63,201 nucleotides of DNA, from positions 1-63,201 of the forward strand of contig CASGEW010000004.1 of NCBI GenBank assembly GCA_949300615.1, given 5' to 3'. Of this stretch, positions 54,148 through 63,201 are shown one piece after another. The notes under the pieces are model-generated. The model was given only the letters and a program-made list of their open reading frames with translations. It had not been told where the DNA came from and did not search any database. Within the stretch, counting starts at the first letter, position 1. Each line of letters begins with the position of its first letter. The DNA comes from an uncultured Bacteroidales bacterium (GTDB taxonomy: Bacteria; Bacteroidota; Bacteroidia; Bacteroidales; CHK158-818). A program made the position numbers and the translations under genes.

Positions 54148-56154
54148 ATGACAGAACTTCTCACCATCTTACAGAACGATCCTTGGCTACAACCCCATAA
54201 AGAGGTCATCGACAGAAGGCACCGAATGGTGGCAGAAAAAGAGACCGAATTAACTAAAAATGACGGCAGCCTGTCGGGCTTCGCCTCGGGCTACCTCTAT
54301 TTCGGGCTACACCGCATCCCCCGCGGATGGGTTTTTCGCGAATGGGCGCCCAACGCAACAGAAATCTTTCTGATCGGCAATTTCTCCAACTGGCAAGAAG
54401 AGGAGCGGTTCCGCCTTACCCGTCTGGACAATGGAGTTTGGGAAATACGGTTGAAGAGCTGCGAACTTTCGCACCTGGACTTGTACAAACTCTCCATGCA
54501 TTGGGACGGCGGACAAGGAGAGCGCATCCCCGCCTGGGCCACCCGGGTAGTACAGGACGAAGAGACGGGCATCTTCTCCGCCCAAGTGTGGCAGCCGGAA
54601 AACCCTTATAAATTCAAGAAAAAAAGATTCACCCCCAATACCTCCCCCCTCCTGATTTACGAATGTCATATCGGGATGGCCCAGGAAGAGGGCAAAGTGG
54701 GCAGCTATCAGGAGTTCCGACAAAACGTCCTGCCCCGCATCATTGCCGACGGATACAACGCCATTCAGATCATGGCGATACAGGAACACCCCTACTACGG
54801 CTCCTTCGGATATCACGTATCCAGCTTTTTTGCCGCCTCCTCCCGGTTCGGGACGCCCGACGACCTGAAAGAACTTATTGACGAAGCGCATCAAAACGGC
54901 ATTGCCGTTATCATGGACATCGTCCATTCGCACGCCGTAAAAAACGAAGTAGAGGGATTGGGCCGTTTTGACGGCTCGTACAACCAGTATTTCTACCCCG
55001 ACGGAAGACGGGAACACCCCGCCTGGGACTCGCTCTGTTTCGACTACGGAAAAAACGAAGTGCTTCACTTCTTGTTGTCAAATTGCAAATATTGGCTGGA
55101 AGAGTATAAATTCGACGGATTCCGGTTCGACGGCGTAACCTCGATGCTCTATTACAACCACGGACTGGGCAAGGCATACACCTCCTACAACGATTATTAC
55201 GACGGCGGACAAGACGAAAACGCCATCATCTACTTGTCTCTGGCCAACAAGCTCATTCACGAAATACACCCCCAGGCCATCACCATCGCCGAAGAGATGA
55301 GCGGGATGCCCGGCTTGGCCGTACCATACGCCGACGGCGGTATCGGGTTCGATTACCGTATGGCCATGGGAATCCCCGATTTCTGGATAAAACTGATCAA
55401 AGAACACTCCGACGAAGATTGGAAACCCACCTCGCTCTTCTGGGAACTGACCAACCGACGGGCCGACGAAAAGACCATCAGCTATGCCGAAAGCCACGAC
55501 CAGGCCCTGGTAGGAGACAAAACCATCATCTTCCGGCTCATCGACGACCAGATGTATTGGCACATGATGAAGGGAGACCTGAACCTGACTGTGGACAGAG
55601 GGATGGCCCTGCACAAAATGATCCGGCTATTGACACTGGCCACCATCAACGGAGGATACCTCAATTTCATGGGAAACGAATTCGGGCACCCCGAATGGAT
55701 CGACTTCCCGCGGCAGGGCAACGGATGGTCATACAAATACGCCCGACGTCAATGGTCGCTGGTCGATCGGCAAGACCTGAAATACCAATACTTAGGAGAT
55801 TTCGACAAGGCGATGCTGAAATTGGTTAAGGAAGAAAAGAATTTCCAAAAATACCCCATCGAAAAATTGTGGGACAACAACGAAGACCAGATCCTGGCAT
55901 TCCGCCGCAAGAAACTGGTTTTCATCTTCAACTTCCACCCCTACAAATCGTACGTCGATTACGGAATATTGATCAAAAAAGGAACCTTTACCACCGTATT
56001 GAACACCGATTCCAAAGCTTTCGGAGGATTCGGGTTGGTAGATGAATCGATCGAACACGGCGTGGTAGCAGACGCCCTCTACAAAAAAGAGAAAAAAGAG
56101 TGGCTCAAATTCTATATTCCGGCACGCTCTGCATTGGTATTACGCGAAAAATAA
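54148..56154 (+). CDS. glgB: 1,4-alpha-glucan branching enzyme (GH13)
   Basis: REWAPNA, YGSFGY, DIVHSH, FRFDGVTSM, AESHDQ, NFMGNEFGHPEW. Confidence 0.93.
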   Translation: MTELLTILQNDPWLQPHKEVIDRRHRMVAEKETELTKNDGSLSGFASGYLYFGLHRIPRGWVFREWAPNATEIFLIGNFSNWQEEERFRLTRLDNGVWEIRLKSCELSHLDLYKLSMHWDGGQGERIPAWATRVVQDEETGIFSAQVWQPENPYKFKKKRFTPNTSPLLIYECHIGMAQEEGKVGSYQEFRQNVLPRIIADGYNAIQIMAIQEHPYYGSFGYHVSSFFAASSRFGTPDDLKELIDEAHQNGIAVIMDIVHSHAVKNEVEGLGRFDGSYNQYFYPDGRREHPAWDSLCFDYGKNEVLHFLLSNCKYWLEEYKFDGFRFDGVTSMLYYNHGLGKAYTSYNDYYDGGQDENAIIYLSLANKLIHEIHPQAITIAEEMSGMPGLAVPYADGGIGFDYRMAMGIPDFWIKLIKEHSDEDWKPTSLFWELTNRRADEKTISYAESHDQALVGDKTIIFRLIDDQMYWHMMKGDLNLTVDRGMALHKMIRLLTLATINGGYLNFMGNEFGHPEWIDFPRQGNGWSYKYARRQWSLVDRQDLKYQYLGDFDKAMLKLVKEEKNFQKYPIEKLWDNNEDQILAFRRKKLVFIFNFHPYKSYVDYGILIKKGTFTTVLNTDSKAFGGFGLVDESIEHGVVADALYKKEKKEWLKFYIPARSALVLREK

Positions 56155-56177
56155 ATAGAATACCATACCCGATAGCC

Positions 56178-57602
56178 ATGACAAGACAATTCGTATTGAC
56201 CCTACTGGGCCTGCTGACGGCCGTCGCATCCCTATCCGCACAAACCCAAGAGATCCGGATACTCCCCCAACAACACCAACAGATAGAGGGATGGGGCGTA
56301 TCGCTTTGCTGGTGGGCCTCAATGGTAGGTCGCTGGGACGACGCCCGCATCGATTCGCTGATAACCTGCCTGACCGATCCTGAGCAACTGAACATGAACA
56401 TCTTCCGTTACAACATTGGCGGAGGAGACGACCCTTCACACGCGGACGGACACATGGTCAAAGGCAAGGGCAAACGCGCCGAAATGGAGGGATTCAAAGC
56501 CTCCGAAACCGCCCCTTACAACTGGGATGCCGACACCGGGCAACGCAAGATACTGCTCAAAATAAAAGAGAAACGACCGGATGCCATCTTCGAGGCCTTC
56601 TCCAACTCCGCCCCCTATTGGATGACCATCAGCGGATGTTCGGGCGGAAACGACCCTGCCAACACCGACAACCTCAAACCAGAGTATTACGATATGTTTT
56701 GCGACTATTTGATCGATGTATGCCTTCACTACAAAGAGCGATACGGCATCACCTTCAAAACGCTGGAACCCTTCAATGAAGCCACTTCCGACTACTGGGG
56801 ATATCTGGGCAGCCAGGAAGGATGCCATTTCGATGCCGAGTCACAAATCAAGCTGCTTCGCATCCTCTACCCCAAACTCAAAGCATCGGGATTAAATACG
56901 GTCATCTCCGCCTCTGACGAGACCAACCTCATCTCTGCCATCCGCGTAGCCAAGGCCTATACCCAGGCCGGCGACATCTGGGAAAAGATCGGGCAGTTCA
57001 ACACCCACACCTATTCAGGTACAAATCCGCAACGGAAAGAGTTGCACCAAATCATCTCCGAAATACAAAAACCTTTCTGGCAATCGGAGACAGGGCCCAG
57101 CGAAGGTTCCGGGTTCGAATCGAACCTGTTGCTGACCCAGAAACTGTTCGACGATATGCGATACATGAAACCCGCGGCATGGCTCGACTGGCAATGGATG
57201 GAAGAGGGAAACGACACCTGGTGCCAGATACGTTGCAACTTTGCCGACCAAAGCTACCAGGTTGTCAAAAACTTTTACGTGCGAATGCAGGTAACCCGAT
57301 TCATGAAACAGGGCTACTACATCATCGAATCGTCTGACGACAGCAGCCTGGCTGCCATCAGCCCCGACCGGAAAGAGCTGGCAATCTGCCTATTGAACAT
57401 CAAAAACGAAGACTCACCGATCCGTGTCGACCTCTCTGCCTTCGACTCCTCTGTCAAAAAGGCCTCTTTGTACCGTACCAGCCAACAAGAAAATTGCAAA
57501 CAACTTAAAAACATTTCCGTTCGGAAACAACAAATCGACTATACGATGCCGGCCCAATCCATCACCACCCTCATCCTGACCAGCAAAAAGCCCTTTATGT
57601 AA
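56178..57602 (+). CDS. Secreted glycoside hydrolase family 30 (beta-1,6-galactanase-like)
   Basis: Signal peptide, EGWGVSLCWWA, RYNIGG, FSNSAP, PFNE, WQSE. Confidence 0.8.
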   Translation: MTRQFVLTLLGLLTAVASLSAQTQEIRILPQQHQQIEGWGVSLCWWASMVGRWDDARIDSLITCLTDPEQLNMNIFRYNIGGGDDPSHADGHMVKGKGKRAEMEGFKASETAPYNWDADTGQRKILLKIKEKRPDAIFEAFSNSAPYWMTISGCSGGNDPANTDNLKPEYYDMFCDYLIDVCLHYKERYGITFKTLEPFNEATSDYWGYLGSQEGCHFDAESQIKLLRILYPKLKASGLNTVISASDETNLISAIRVAKAYTQAGDIWEKIGQFNTHTYSGTNPQRKELHQIISEIQKPFWQSETGPSEGSGFESNLLLTQKLFDDMRYMKPAAWLDWQWMEEGNDTWCQIRCNFADQSYQVVKNFYVRMQVTRFMKQGYYIIESSDDSSLAAISPDRKELAICLLNIKNEDSPIRVDLSAFDSSVKKASLYRTSQQENCKQLKNISVRKQQIDYTMPAQSITTLILTSKKPFM

Positions 57603-57634
57603 TACCGAATCAAACCAAACCCGTCAAACAAACT

Positions 57635-58336
57635 ATGATGAAGAAAAGACTATTCCTATTAACGTTAGCCATTTGGGCGGTATGTTCGTTGCAGGCACAA
57701 AGCGAAGAGCAACGATACATCGAAGTAACAGGCACCTCCGAAATAGAGATTGTCCCTGACAAGATACACTACATCATCGAAATCCGGGAATATTTTGAAG
57801 AGGAGTTCGACGGCATATCCAAACCCGAAGAGTTCCGGACCAAGGTTCCCCTGGCCCAGATAGAAGAGAAGCTGCGGCAAGCCCTCTCCGAAGCCGGGAT
57901 TGCACCAGAAAACATCCGTACGCAGGAGGTAGGCGACTACTGGCGCAAACAAGGGCAGGATTTTCTGGTTTCCAAAAAATTCGACATTGTCTTGCAGGAT
58001 TTCAAACAGATAGACGAGATTGTCAAACGCATCGATACCCGGGGCGTCAATACGATGCGCATCGGCGAGCTGGAAAACAAAGATATGCTCGACTATCACA
58101 TCAAAGGGAAAATCGAAGCATTGAAAGCGGCCCAACGCAAAGCCACTTACCTGGTTGAAACCTTAGGGAAGAAATTGGGTCCCGTGATCCGCATCGTAGA
58201 AGACGGGAATATGGGAATGGGCCCCTTGTTCAGTGCACAGAGCAATGTCCGAGCCTCCGATGCTGCCTCATTCGACGAGTTCCGCACCATCCAGAAGAGC
58301 TACTCCGTCCTGGTACGGTTCGCCATTATAGACTAA
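57635..58336 (+). CDS. SIMPL (DUF541) domain protein
   Basis: IEVTGTSEIEIVPD, ALKAAQRKA..LGKKLG. Confidence 0.88.
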   Translation: MMKKRLFLLTLAIWAVCSLQAQSEEQRYIEVTGTSEIEIVPDKIHYIIEIREYFEEEFDGISKPEEFRTKVPLAQIEEKLRQALSEAGIAPENIRTQEVGDYWRKQGQDFLVSKKFDIVLQDFKQIDEIVKRIDTRGVNTMRIGELENKDMLDYHIKGKIEALKAAQRKATYLVETLGKKLGPVIRIVEDGNMGMGPLFSAQSNVRASDAASFDEFRTIQKSYSVLVRFAIID

Positions 58337-58478
58337 AAAAAGCGATCCAATCATCGTCTCGGGCTATTTTAGGGGCACGTTTTTTGACATACCATCCGGG
58401 GAAAAGAGAATTACGCCTCCTGCAACAGTCCAGGGCCGCTCTCACAAACAGCCCCTGAAAAAGAAAAGAGAAATACAA

Positions 58479-58955
58479 TTATTGGACCTCCAACGAAACG
58501 CCTACCTCGGTAATGCCATCCAGGTAACTCTCCTTCATGGCCGGGCGCACACTCAAACGGGCGCTGTCTCCGGTTACGGACAACGGGTTCTTCAACGGAA
58601 CGGAAAGCTGATAGAGCGACCCCCAACCTTTACCCAGCCATCGGCCATCGGGGTCGGCCACGGGCACCCTTACCGTATCGCACAAGAGCGTATCCGACAA
58701 CGGGGTGGCATACCAGACATACAACCATAAATCCTGGTAGCGAAACCGGGTATCATGCCGGATGTGCAACGAAACGTTGTAACGCGCCGACGAGTCGGGA
58801 ACTGCCACCGCAAAGGTCTCGGTAGAGCGCTTGTACCACCCCTCGGAAGGAAGAGTATGGAAATCATGCACCGTATCCGAACAAGAGCCGGCCGCTATCA
58901 ACACGGCAAGCATACCCACCCGCCAGAAATTCCGATTATTCCGATTTACTCTCAT
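58479..58955 (-). CDS. gldH: GldH family lipoprotein
   Basis: Lipobox AGSC, RHDTRFRYQDLWL, DGRWLGKG, GITEVG. Confidence 0.82.
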   Translation of the reverse strand: MRVNRNNRNFWRVGMLAVLIAAGSCSDTVHDFHTLPSEGWYKRSTETFAVAVPDSSARYNVSLHIRHDTRFRYQDLWLYVWYATPLSDTLLCDTVRVPVADPDGRWLGKGWGSLYQLSVPLKNPLSVTGDSARLSVRPAMKESYLDGITEVGVSLEVQ

Positions 58956-60207
58956 TCTTCTGTGCCGGACGACGAGGCTTCTGGTTACGGTTTTTTCCTT
59001 CACTACGCGGCTTCGCCGTATTTTCTGCGGGAGCATCTGCCACAGCGGCTGCCGGCTGCTCTTCGGCGGGATTCTTGGATTTGGCCGGTTTCCGTTTTTT
59101 CTTCTGCGACGTGTTTTTCTTTTTGTTTTTGTCAAAACGGGTCAGGCTGTCTTGTCCTACCACATCACCGAACTCTTTTTGTACCGGCGCATCCTTTTGG
59201 TTGTTGTCCAATTCATCCGGACGGATACCGCGTTTGTTCAATGCAATCACCTCAAAGGCTCGGGATGCGGGGATGGTAATTAAATTAGCAGCCACCTCTT
59301 TGCTGGTAGAGTAGGTTATCAAGCGGTTGAATATATCCGTTTTAAAATGGTAGTAGGTATTGTCGCGGGTCTCCAACACGATTTCGCGCGAGGGAAGACG
59401 TTTGATACTTTCTACATAGGCATCCACTTCGTAATTCAGGCAACATTTAAGTTTGGCACACTGTCCGGCCAATTTCTGCGGATTGAGCGAGATGTCCTGA
59501 TAACGGGCGGCGCTGGTGGCTACCGACACGAAATTGGTCATCCATCCCGAACAACACAACTGCCTGCCGCAAGGCCCAATCCCGCCAATGCGTCCTGCCT
59601 CCTGCCGGGCTCCGATCTGTTTCATTTCGATACGCACCCGGAACACTTCGGCCAATACCTTTATCAACTGGCGGAAATCGACCCGGTCGTCGGCAATGTA
59701 ATAAAATATCGCCTTGTTTCCGTCTCCTTGGTACTCTACATCGCCTATCTTCATGTTCAAGTGCAGATCTTCGGCTATTTTACGGGCACGAAGCATGGTG
59801 GAATGCTCTTTCGACTTGGCCTCCCAATACTTTTCCAGGTCGTTCGGCTTGGCTTTCCGATAAACCCGCTTGATATCCGAATTGTCCGTCTTGACATTGT
59901 TCTTTTTCATCTGCAACAACACCAACCGTCCAGTCAAGGTTACCACCCCAATATCATGCCCGGGATTCGATTCGACAGCTACGATATCTCCCTTTTCCAA
60001 CTTGATTTTGGTGGAGTTCAGGTAATATCCCTTACGGGTATTCTTGAATTGTACCTCCACGAAATCGGTATCGTTATGCGACTCGGGAATATCGGCCAAC
60101 CAGTCGAAACAATGCAGGGTTTCCTGCTGACGACAACAGAATTTTCTGGCAGCCTCATACTCCTGGTTTTGTACCGTATTATCTGATTTTATTTCGTTCG
60201 TGTCCAT
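58936..60207 (-). CDS. PSP1-domain protein (RicT/YaaT family)
   Basis: DFRQL, QIGARQEA, GPCGRQLCC, GQCAKLKCCLNYE. Confidence 0.9.
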   Translation of the reverse strand: MDTNEIKSDNTVQNQEYEAARKFCCRQQETLHCFDWLADIPESHNDTDFVEVQFKNTRKGYYLNSTKIKLEKGDIVAVESNPGHDIGVVTLTGRLVLLQMKKNNVKTDNSDIKRVYRKAKPNDLEKYWEAKSKEHSTMLRARKIAEDLHLNMKIGDVEYQGDGNKAIFYYIADDRVDFRQLIKVLAEVFRVRIEMKQIGARQEAGRIGGIGPCGRQLCCSGWMTNFVSVATSAARYQDISLNPQKLAGQCAKLKCCLNYEVDAYVESIKRLPSREIVLETRDNTYYHFKTDIFNRLITYSTSKEVAANLITIPASRAFEVIALNKRGIRPDELDNNQKDAPVQKEFGDVVGQDSLTRFDKNKKKNTSQKKKRKPAKSKNPAEEQPAAAVADAPAENTAKPRSEGKNRNQKPRRPAQKNESKSE

Positions 60208-60362
60208 CTTTTACGTTTTATTTGTCCGGAAACAGTCTTGCCGAAAACGGTCTAACCAAATACTCCGGAGGTGAAAAATCGGAAAAACCACAGTGCGCAC
60301 ATCAGAATTTCTTCCGGCGGGCCTGCGGTTTTTCCTCCATATTATGTGTTTAACCGTGTATC

Positions 60363-61856
60363 TTATTTGGCAAAACTAACCGCCCGGGTTTCACGGATAA
60401 CGGTTATCTTCACCTGTCCCGGATAGGTCATTTCATCTTGGATACGTTTAGCTATTTCCGTAGAGAGTTTTTCCAATTCCCGACCGGCCTGTATGGCATA
60501 GGTCTTCAATACGCCGGGATAGGACAAGGCCAGCTGTTCGAGGTCATTCAACCGTTTAATATAGGCTTCGACAATCTCGCGGCGAGCGCCGGGACGGGCT
60601 CCCGAAATGGCATCGCACACCTGTACGATCGGGGCCAACAGCGAGGTCATCTCCGTCTCGTCGTGATGGGCGCCGATGGCGTTGCAGATATCGGGCTTCT
60701 CCTTGTATTTTTCAGCCAGTTTCATCCCCAGCAAAGCGTGCGGCAGTTCGGGTTCGTCATCGGGCACCTTCCCGATATCGTGGAGCAATCCGGCCCGTTT
60801 GGCCTTCTTGGGGTTCAACCCGAGCTCGCTGGCCATGGTGGCGCACAAGTTGGCCGTTTCGCGGGAGTGTTGCAACAGGTTTTGTCCGTAAGAGGAGCGA
60901 TATTTCATCTTTCCTACCAGCCGGATCAATTCGGGATGCAACCCGTGGATACCCAAATCTATCGTAGTACGTTTCCCGGTTTCGATAATCTCTTCTTCGA
61001 TCTGTTTCCGCACTTTGGCCACCACCTCTTCGATACGTGCCGGATGGATACGTCCATCCATCACCAGTTGATGGAGCGCCAAGCGGGCTATTTCGCGGCG
61101 AACGGGGTCGAACGCCGAAAGGACGATGGCTTCGGGGGTATCATCAACGATAATCTCTACGCCGGTAGCGGCTTCCAATGCCCGGATGTTACGGCCTTCG
61201 CGTCCGATGATACGGCCCTTTATCTCGTCCGATTCGATGTGGAACACGGTAACGGCATTCTCTATGGCCGTTTCCGTAGCCACCCGTTGGATGGTCTGGA
61301 CAACAATCCGTTTGGCCTCTTTATTAGCCGTCAGTTTAGCCTCATCCATGATATCATTGATGTACGAGGCGGCCATGGTCTTGGCTTCCTCTTTCAACGA
61401 TTCTACCAATTTTTCTTTGGCCTCTTCGGCGGATAGCCCGGAGATGTGTTCCAGCTTTTCTACCTCCTGTTTGTGCAACCGTTCCAGCTCCTGTTTTTTC
61501 TTATCGACCAAATCCAACTGTGAATCCAGGTTGGAACGGATGGCATCGGTCTCCGTCTTTTTGCGTTGCAAGTCTTGTTGCAACTGGTTCAGTTGGAGTT
61601 CGCGTTGTTTGATCTTGGCTTCGGCCGACTGGATTTTCGCATTACGGGCATTTGCCTGTTTTTCCATATCGGCCTTTAAATGCAAGAACTTTTCTTTTAC
61701 CTCCAACAGTTTGTTCTTCTTGATTACTTCGGCTTCTTTCTTCGCCTCTTCTACTATCGTTTGCGCCTGGTTTCGGGTAATGGTACGGATCACCACAAAG
61801 GCGATCAATACTCCGACAATAATCCCGCCGGCAGCGGTTAATACTATTTCTATCAT
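60363..61856 (-). CDS. rny: Ribonuclease Y
   Basis: N-terminal TM, coiled coil, [27 protein letters not shown]. Confidence 0.96.
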   Translation of the reverse strand: MIEIVLTAAGGIIVGVLIAFVVIRTITRNQAQTIVEEAKKEAEVIKKNKLLEVKEKFLHLKADMEKQANARNAKIQSAEAKIKQRELQLNQLQQDLQRKKTETDAIRSNLDSQLDLVDKKKQELERLHKQEVEKLEHISGLSAEEAKEKLVESLKEEAKTMAASYINDIMDEAKLTANKEAKRIVVQTIQRVATETAIENAVTVFHIESDEIKGRIIGREGRNIRALEAATGVEIIVDDTPEAIVLSAFDPVRREIARLALHQLVMDGRIHPARIEEVVAKVRKQIEEEIIETGKRTTIDLGIHGLHPELIRLVGKMKYRSSYGQNLLQHSRETANLCATMASELGLNPKKAKRAGLLHDIGKVPDDEPELPHALLGMKLAEKYKEKPDICNAIGAHHDETEMTSLLAPIVQVCDAISGARPGARREIVEAYIKRLNDLEQLALSYPGVLKTYAIQAGRELEKLSTEIAKRIQDEMTYPGQVKITVIRETRAVSFAK

Positions 61857-61879
61857 CTGGTTTCTTATTAGTTAGTTAT

Positions 61880-61927
61880 AAAAAAAGCACTACAAACGGC
61901 CCTCACGAGGGAGGGCGTATGCAGTGC
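61880..61927 (-). terminator. Long hairpin plus T7 tract between zapA and rny
   Basis: Minus strand GCACTGCATACGCCCTCCCTCGTGAGGGCCGTTTGTAGTGC-TTTTTTT. Confidence 0.7.
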
Positions 61928-61980
61928 AGGATATTCCACTATATTTCACTTTCATCCGGATACCCGGTAGAAACTATTCT

Positions 61981-62280
61981 CTACTTGTTCTCTTCGAGAT
62001 ATTTTTCAACATCTTCAATCAACGCCTTTACCGAGCGATTTATCGTTTCCGGGCCTTGACTTTCATCCAGCGACAGAAAGCTGAACGCAAAACGGAAAGC
62101 AACCAATGCCAAAAAATTTTCGCGGTTCAACTCCGAACCCCTATACAGCTCCATATAGTGAGCCAGGCCTTCATCGACCATCGTTGCCGCTTTCCTGTAC
62201 CGTTCCTCTTCTCCGCGTTCGATCCGAATCGGATAGGTGCCACCGGCGATCTTCAAGTGAATTGTAAATTTATCGTTCAT
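61981..62280 (-). CDS. zapA: Cell division protein ZapA
   Basis: IAGGTYPIRI, EEERYRKAA, context upstream of rny. Confidence 0.85.
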   Translation of the reverse strand: MNDKFTIHLKIAGGTYPIRIERGEEERYRKAATMVDEGLAHYMELYRGSELNRENFLALVAFRFAFSFLSLDESQGPETINRSVKALIEDVEKYLEENK

Positions 62281-62285
62281 CGCAT

Positions 62286-62585
62286 CTATTCATTTAAAAG
62301 AGAGATGCATTTGTCGATTTCCCGCACCAACTTATTGAATCTGGCTTTCGAGGCTTTTACATCTTCGTCGTCCCCGCTCAGGGCCTTGGCCATCTTCAAT
62401 CTTTGATATTTTATTTGCAGCGTTTCCTGCTGCGCTTTCAATACGGAAATAGTCTGTTCACACTCTTCCACTCGTTGTTCAAGCCGACACTTTTCTTTTT
62501 TCAAAGCATCGCAGCGAGCCATCAACAACTGGATTTTTGCGCCCAACGCATCCAATAAACTTTTCGGCGTTTCACCCATTTCCAT
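62286..62585 (-). CDS. Coiled-coil protein (ZapB-like)
   Basis: Heptad pattern, LVREIDKCISLL C-terminus, upstream of zapA. Confidence 0.7.
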   Translation of the reverse strand: MEMGETPKSLLDALGAKIQLLMARCDALKKEKCRLEQRVEECEQTISVLKAQQETLQIKYQRLKMAKALSGDDEDVKASKARFNKLVREIDKCISLLNE

Positions 62586-62758
62586 AAAAATTCTACACAA
62601 AAGTAAGAAAAATGATTGAATGAAAAAACAGAATAGGACAATATTTTAATAAATCCTTTCAATTTCATACAAGAAGAAGCAGCATCCCGCCATCTTTTCC
62701 CACATATTTTTGTACCGGCCAAAGAATCGCCGTACTTTTGCACCTACAATTATTTGTA

Positions 62759-63201
62759 ATGAAACTCCTCTGGTTAGACATAAACAGTTCGTATGCACAT
62801 TCGTCGTTGGCATTGCCCGCCATCCATGCCCAGACGTTGAACCGGGAAAAACCGGCCGATATTGTCTGGGACGTACTATCGGGAACCGTGGCCACTCCCG
62901 TGGCTCAAATCGTAAACGAAGCCGTAAGCCGCCGTCCCGACATCATCGCCGCTACCTGCTGGTTGTTTACCGTCGAGCACATCATCCAACTTACCGGGCG
63001 CATCAAAGCTCTGCTGCCCGGATGTACGATCCTGTTGGGAGGGCCGGAGTTTTTGGGAGACAACGAGCCGTTTCTTCGGGCCAACCGTTTTGTGGAGGGC
63101 GTATTCCGAGGAGAAGGCGAAGAAGAGGTTCCCCGATGGCTCGACCGGATCAACCAGAAATCGGCCTGGAAAGAGCTCAAAGGGGTATGTTACTTGGATG
63201 C
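62759..63201 (+). CDS. B12-binding radical SAM protein, N-terminal part (runs off window)
   Basis: Read manually: MKLLWLDINSSYAHSSLALP..LGGPEF..RGEGEE; promoter TACTTTTG at 62733-62740. Confidence 0.8.
   Translation, partial: MKLLWLDINSSYAHSSLALPAIHAQTLNREKPADIVWDVLSGTVATPVAQIVNEAVSRRPDIIAATCWLFTVEHIIQLTGRIKALLPGCTILLGGPEFLGDNEPFLRANRFVEGVFRGEGEEEVPRWLDRINQKSAWKELKGVCYLD

Noticed and set aside
60438-61875. Long plus-strand ORFs (332 and 249 aa)
   Set aside because: Antisense shadows of rny

Overview
Chromosomal window from a Bacteroidales bacterium (TAnnTTTG promoters, GldH, DUF5686, Bacteroidales-type ThiC/RNase Y). It is mostly housekeeping: rmuC-crcB-pyrC, mfd, a TPP-riboswitch-led thiamine operon (thiD-S-E'-E-G-C-orf-H-F), hisS, tricorn protease, an ECF sigma module, a probable 6S RNA, a GtrA/GT2/ArnT glycosylation cluster, mutS2, rsmF, glgB, GH30 and zapA-rny-ricT-gldH. 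Highlights: (1) an array of three-and-a-bit ~84-88 bp hairpin-forming repeats upstream of mutS2, each full unit carrying an outward Bacteroidetes housekeeping promoter; (2) an AT-rich GNAT-like + PAPS-reductase/DUF3440 + ParB-like (IbrAB-type) islet, a candidate DNA-modification system; (3) a complete membrane-bound [NiFe]-hydrogenase with both O2-tolerance cysteines, some unusual substitutions and a translationally coupled methyltransferase; (4) an apparent in-frame deletion in RNase Y. No CRISPR, rRNA, tRNA or transposase was seen. All calls come from reading motifs by eye; no searches were run.
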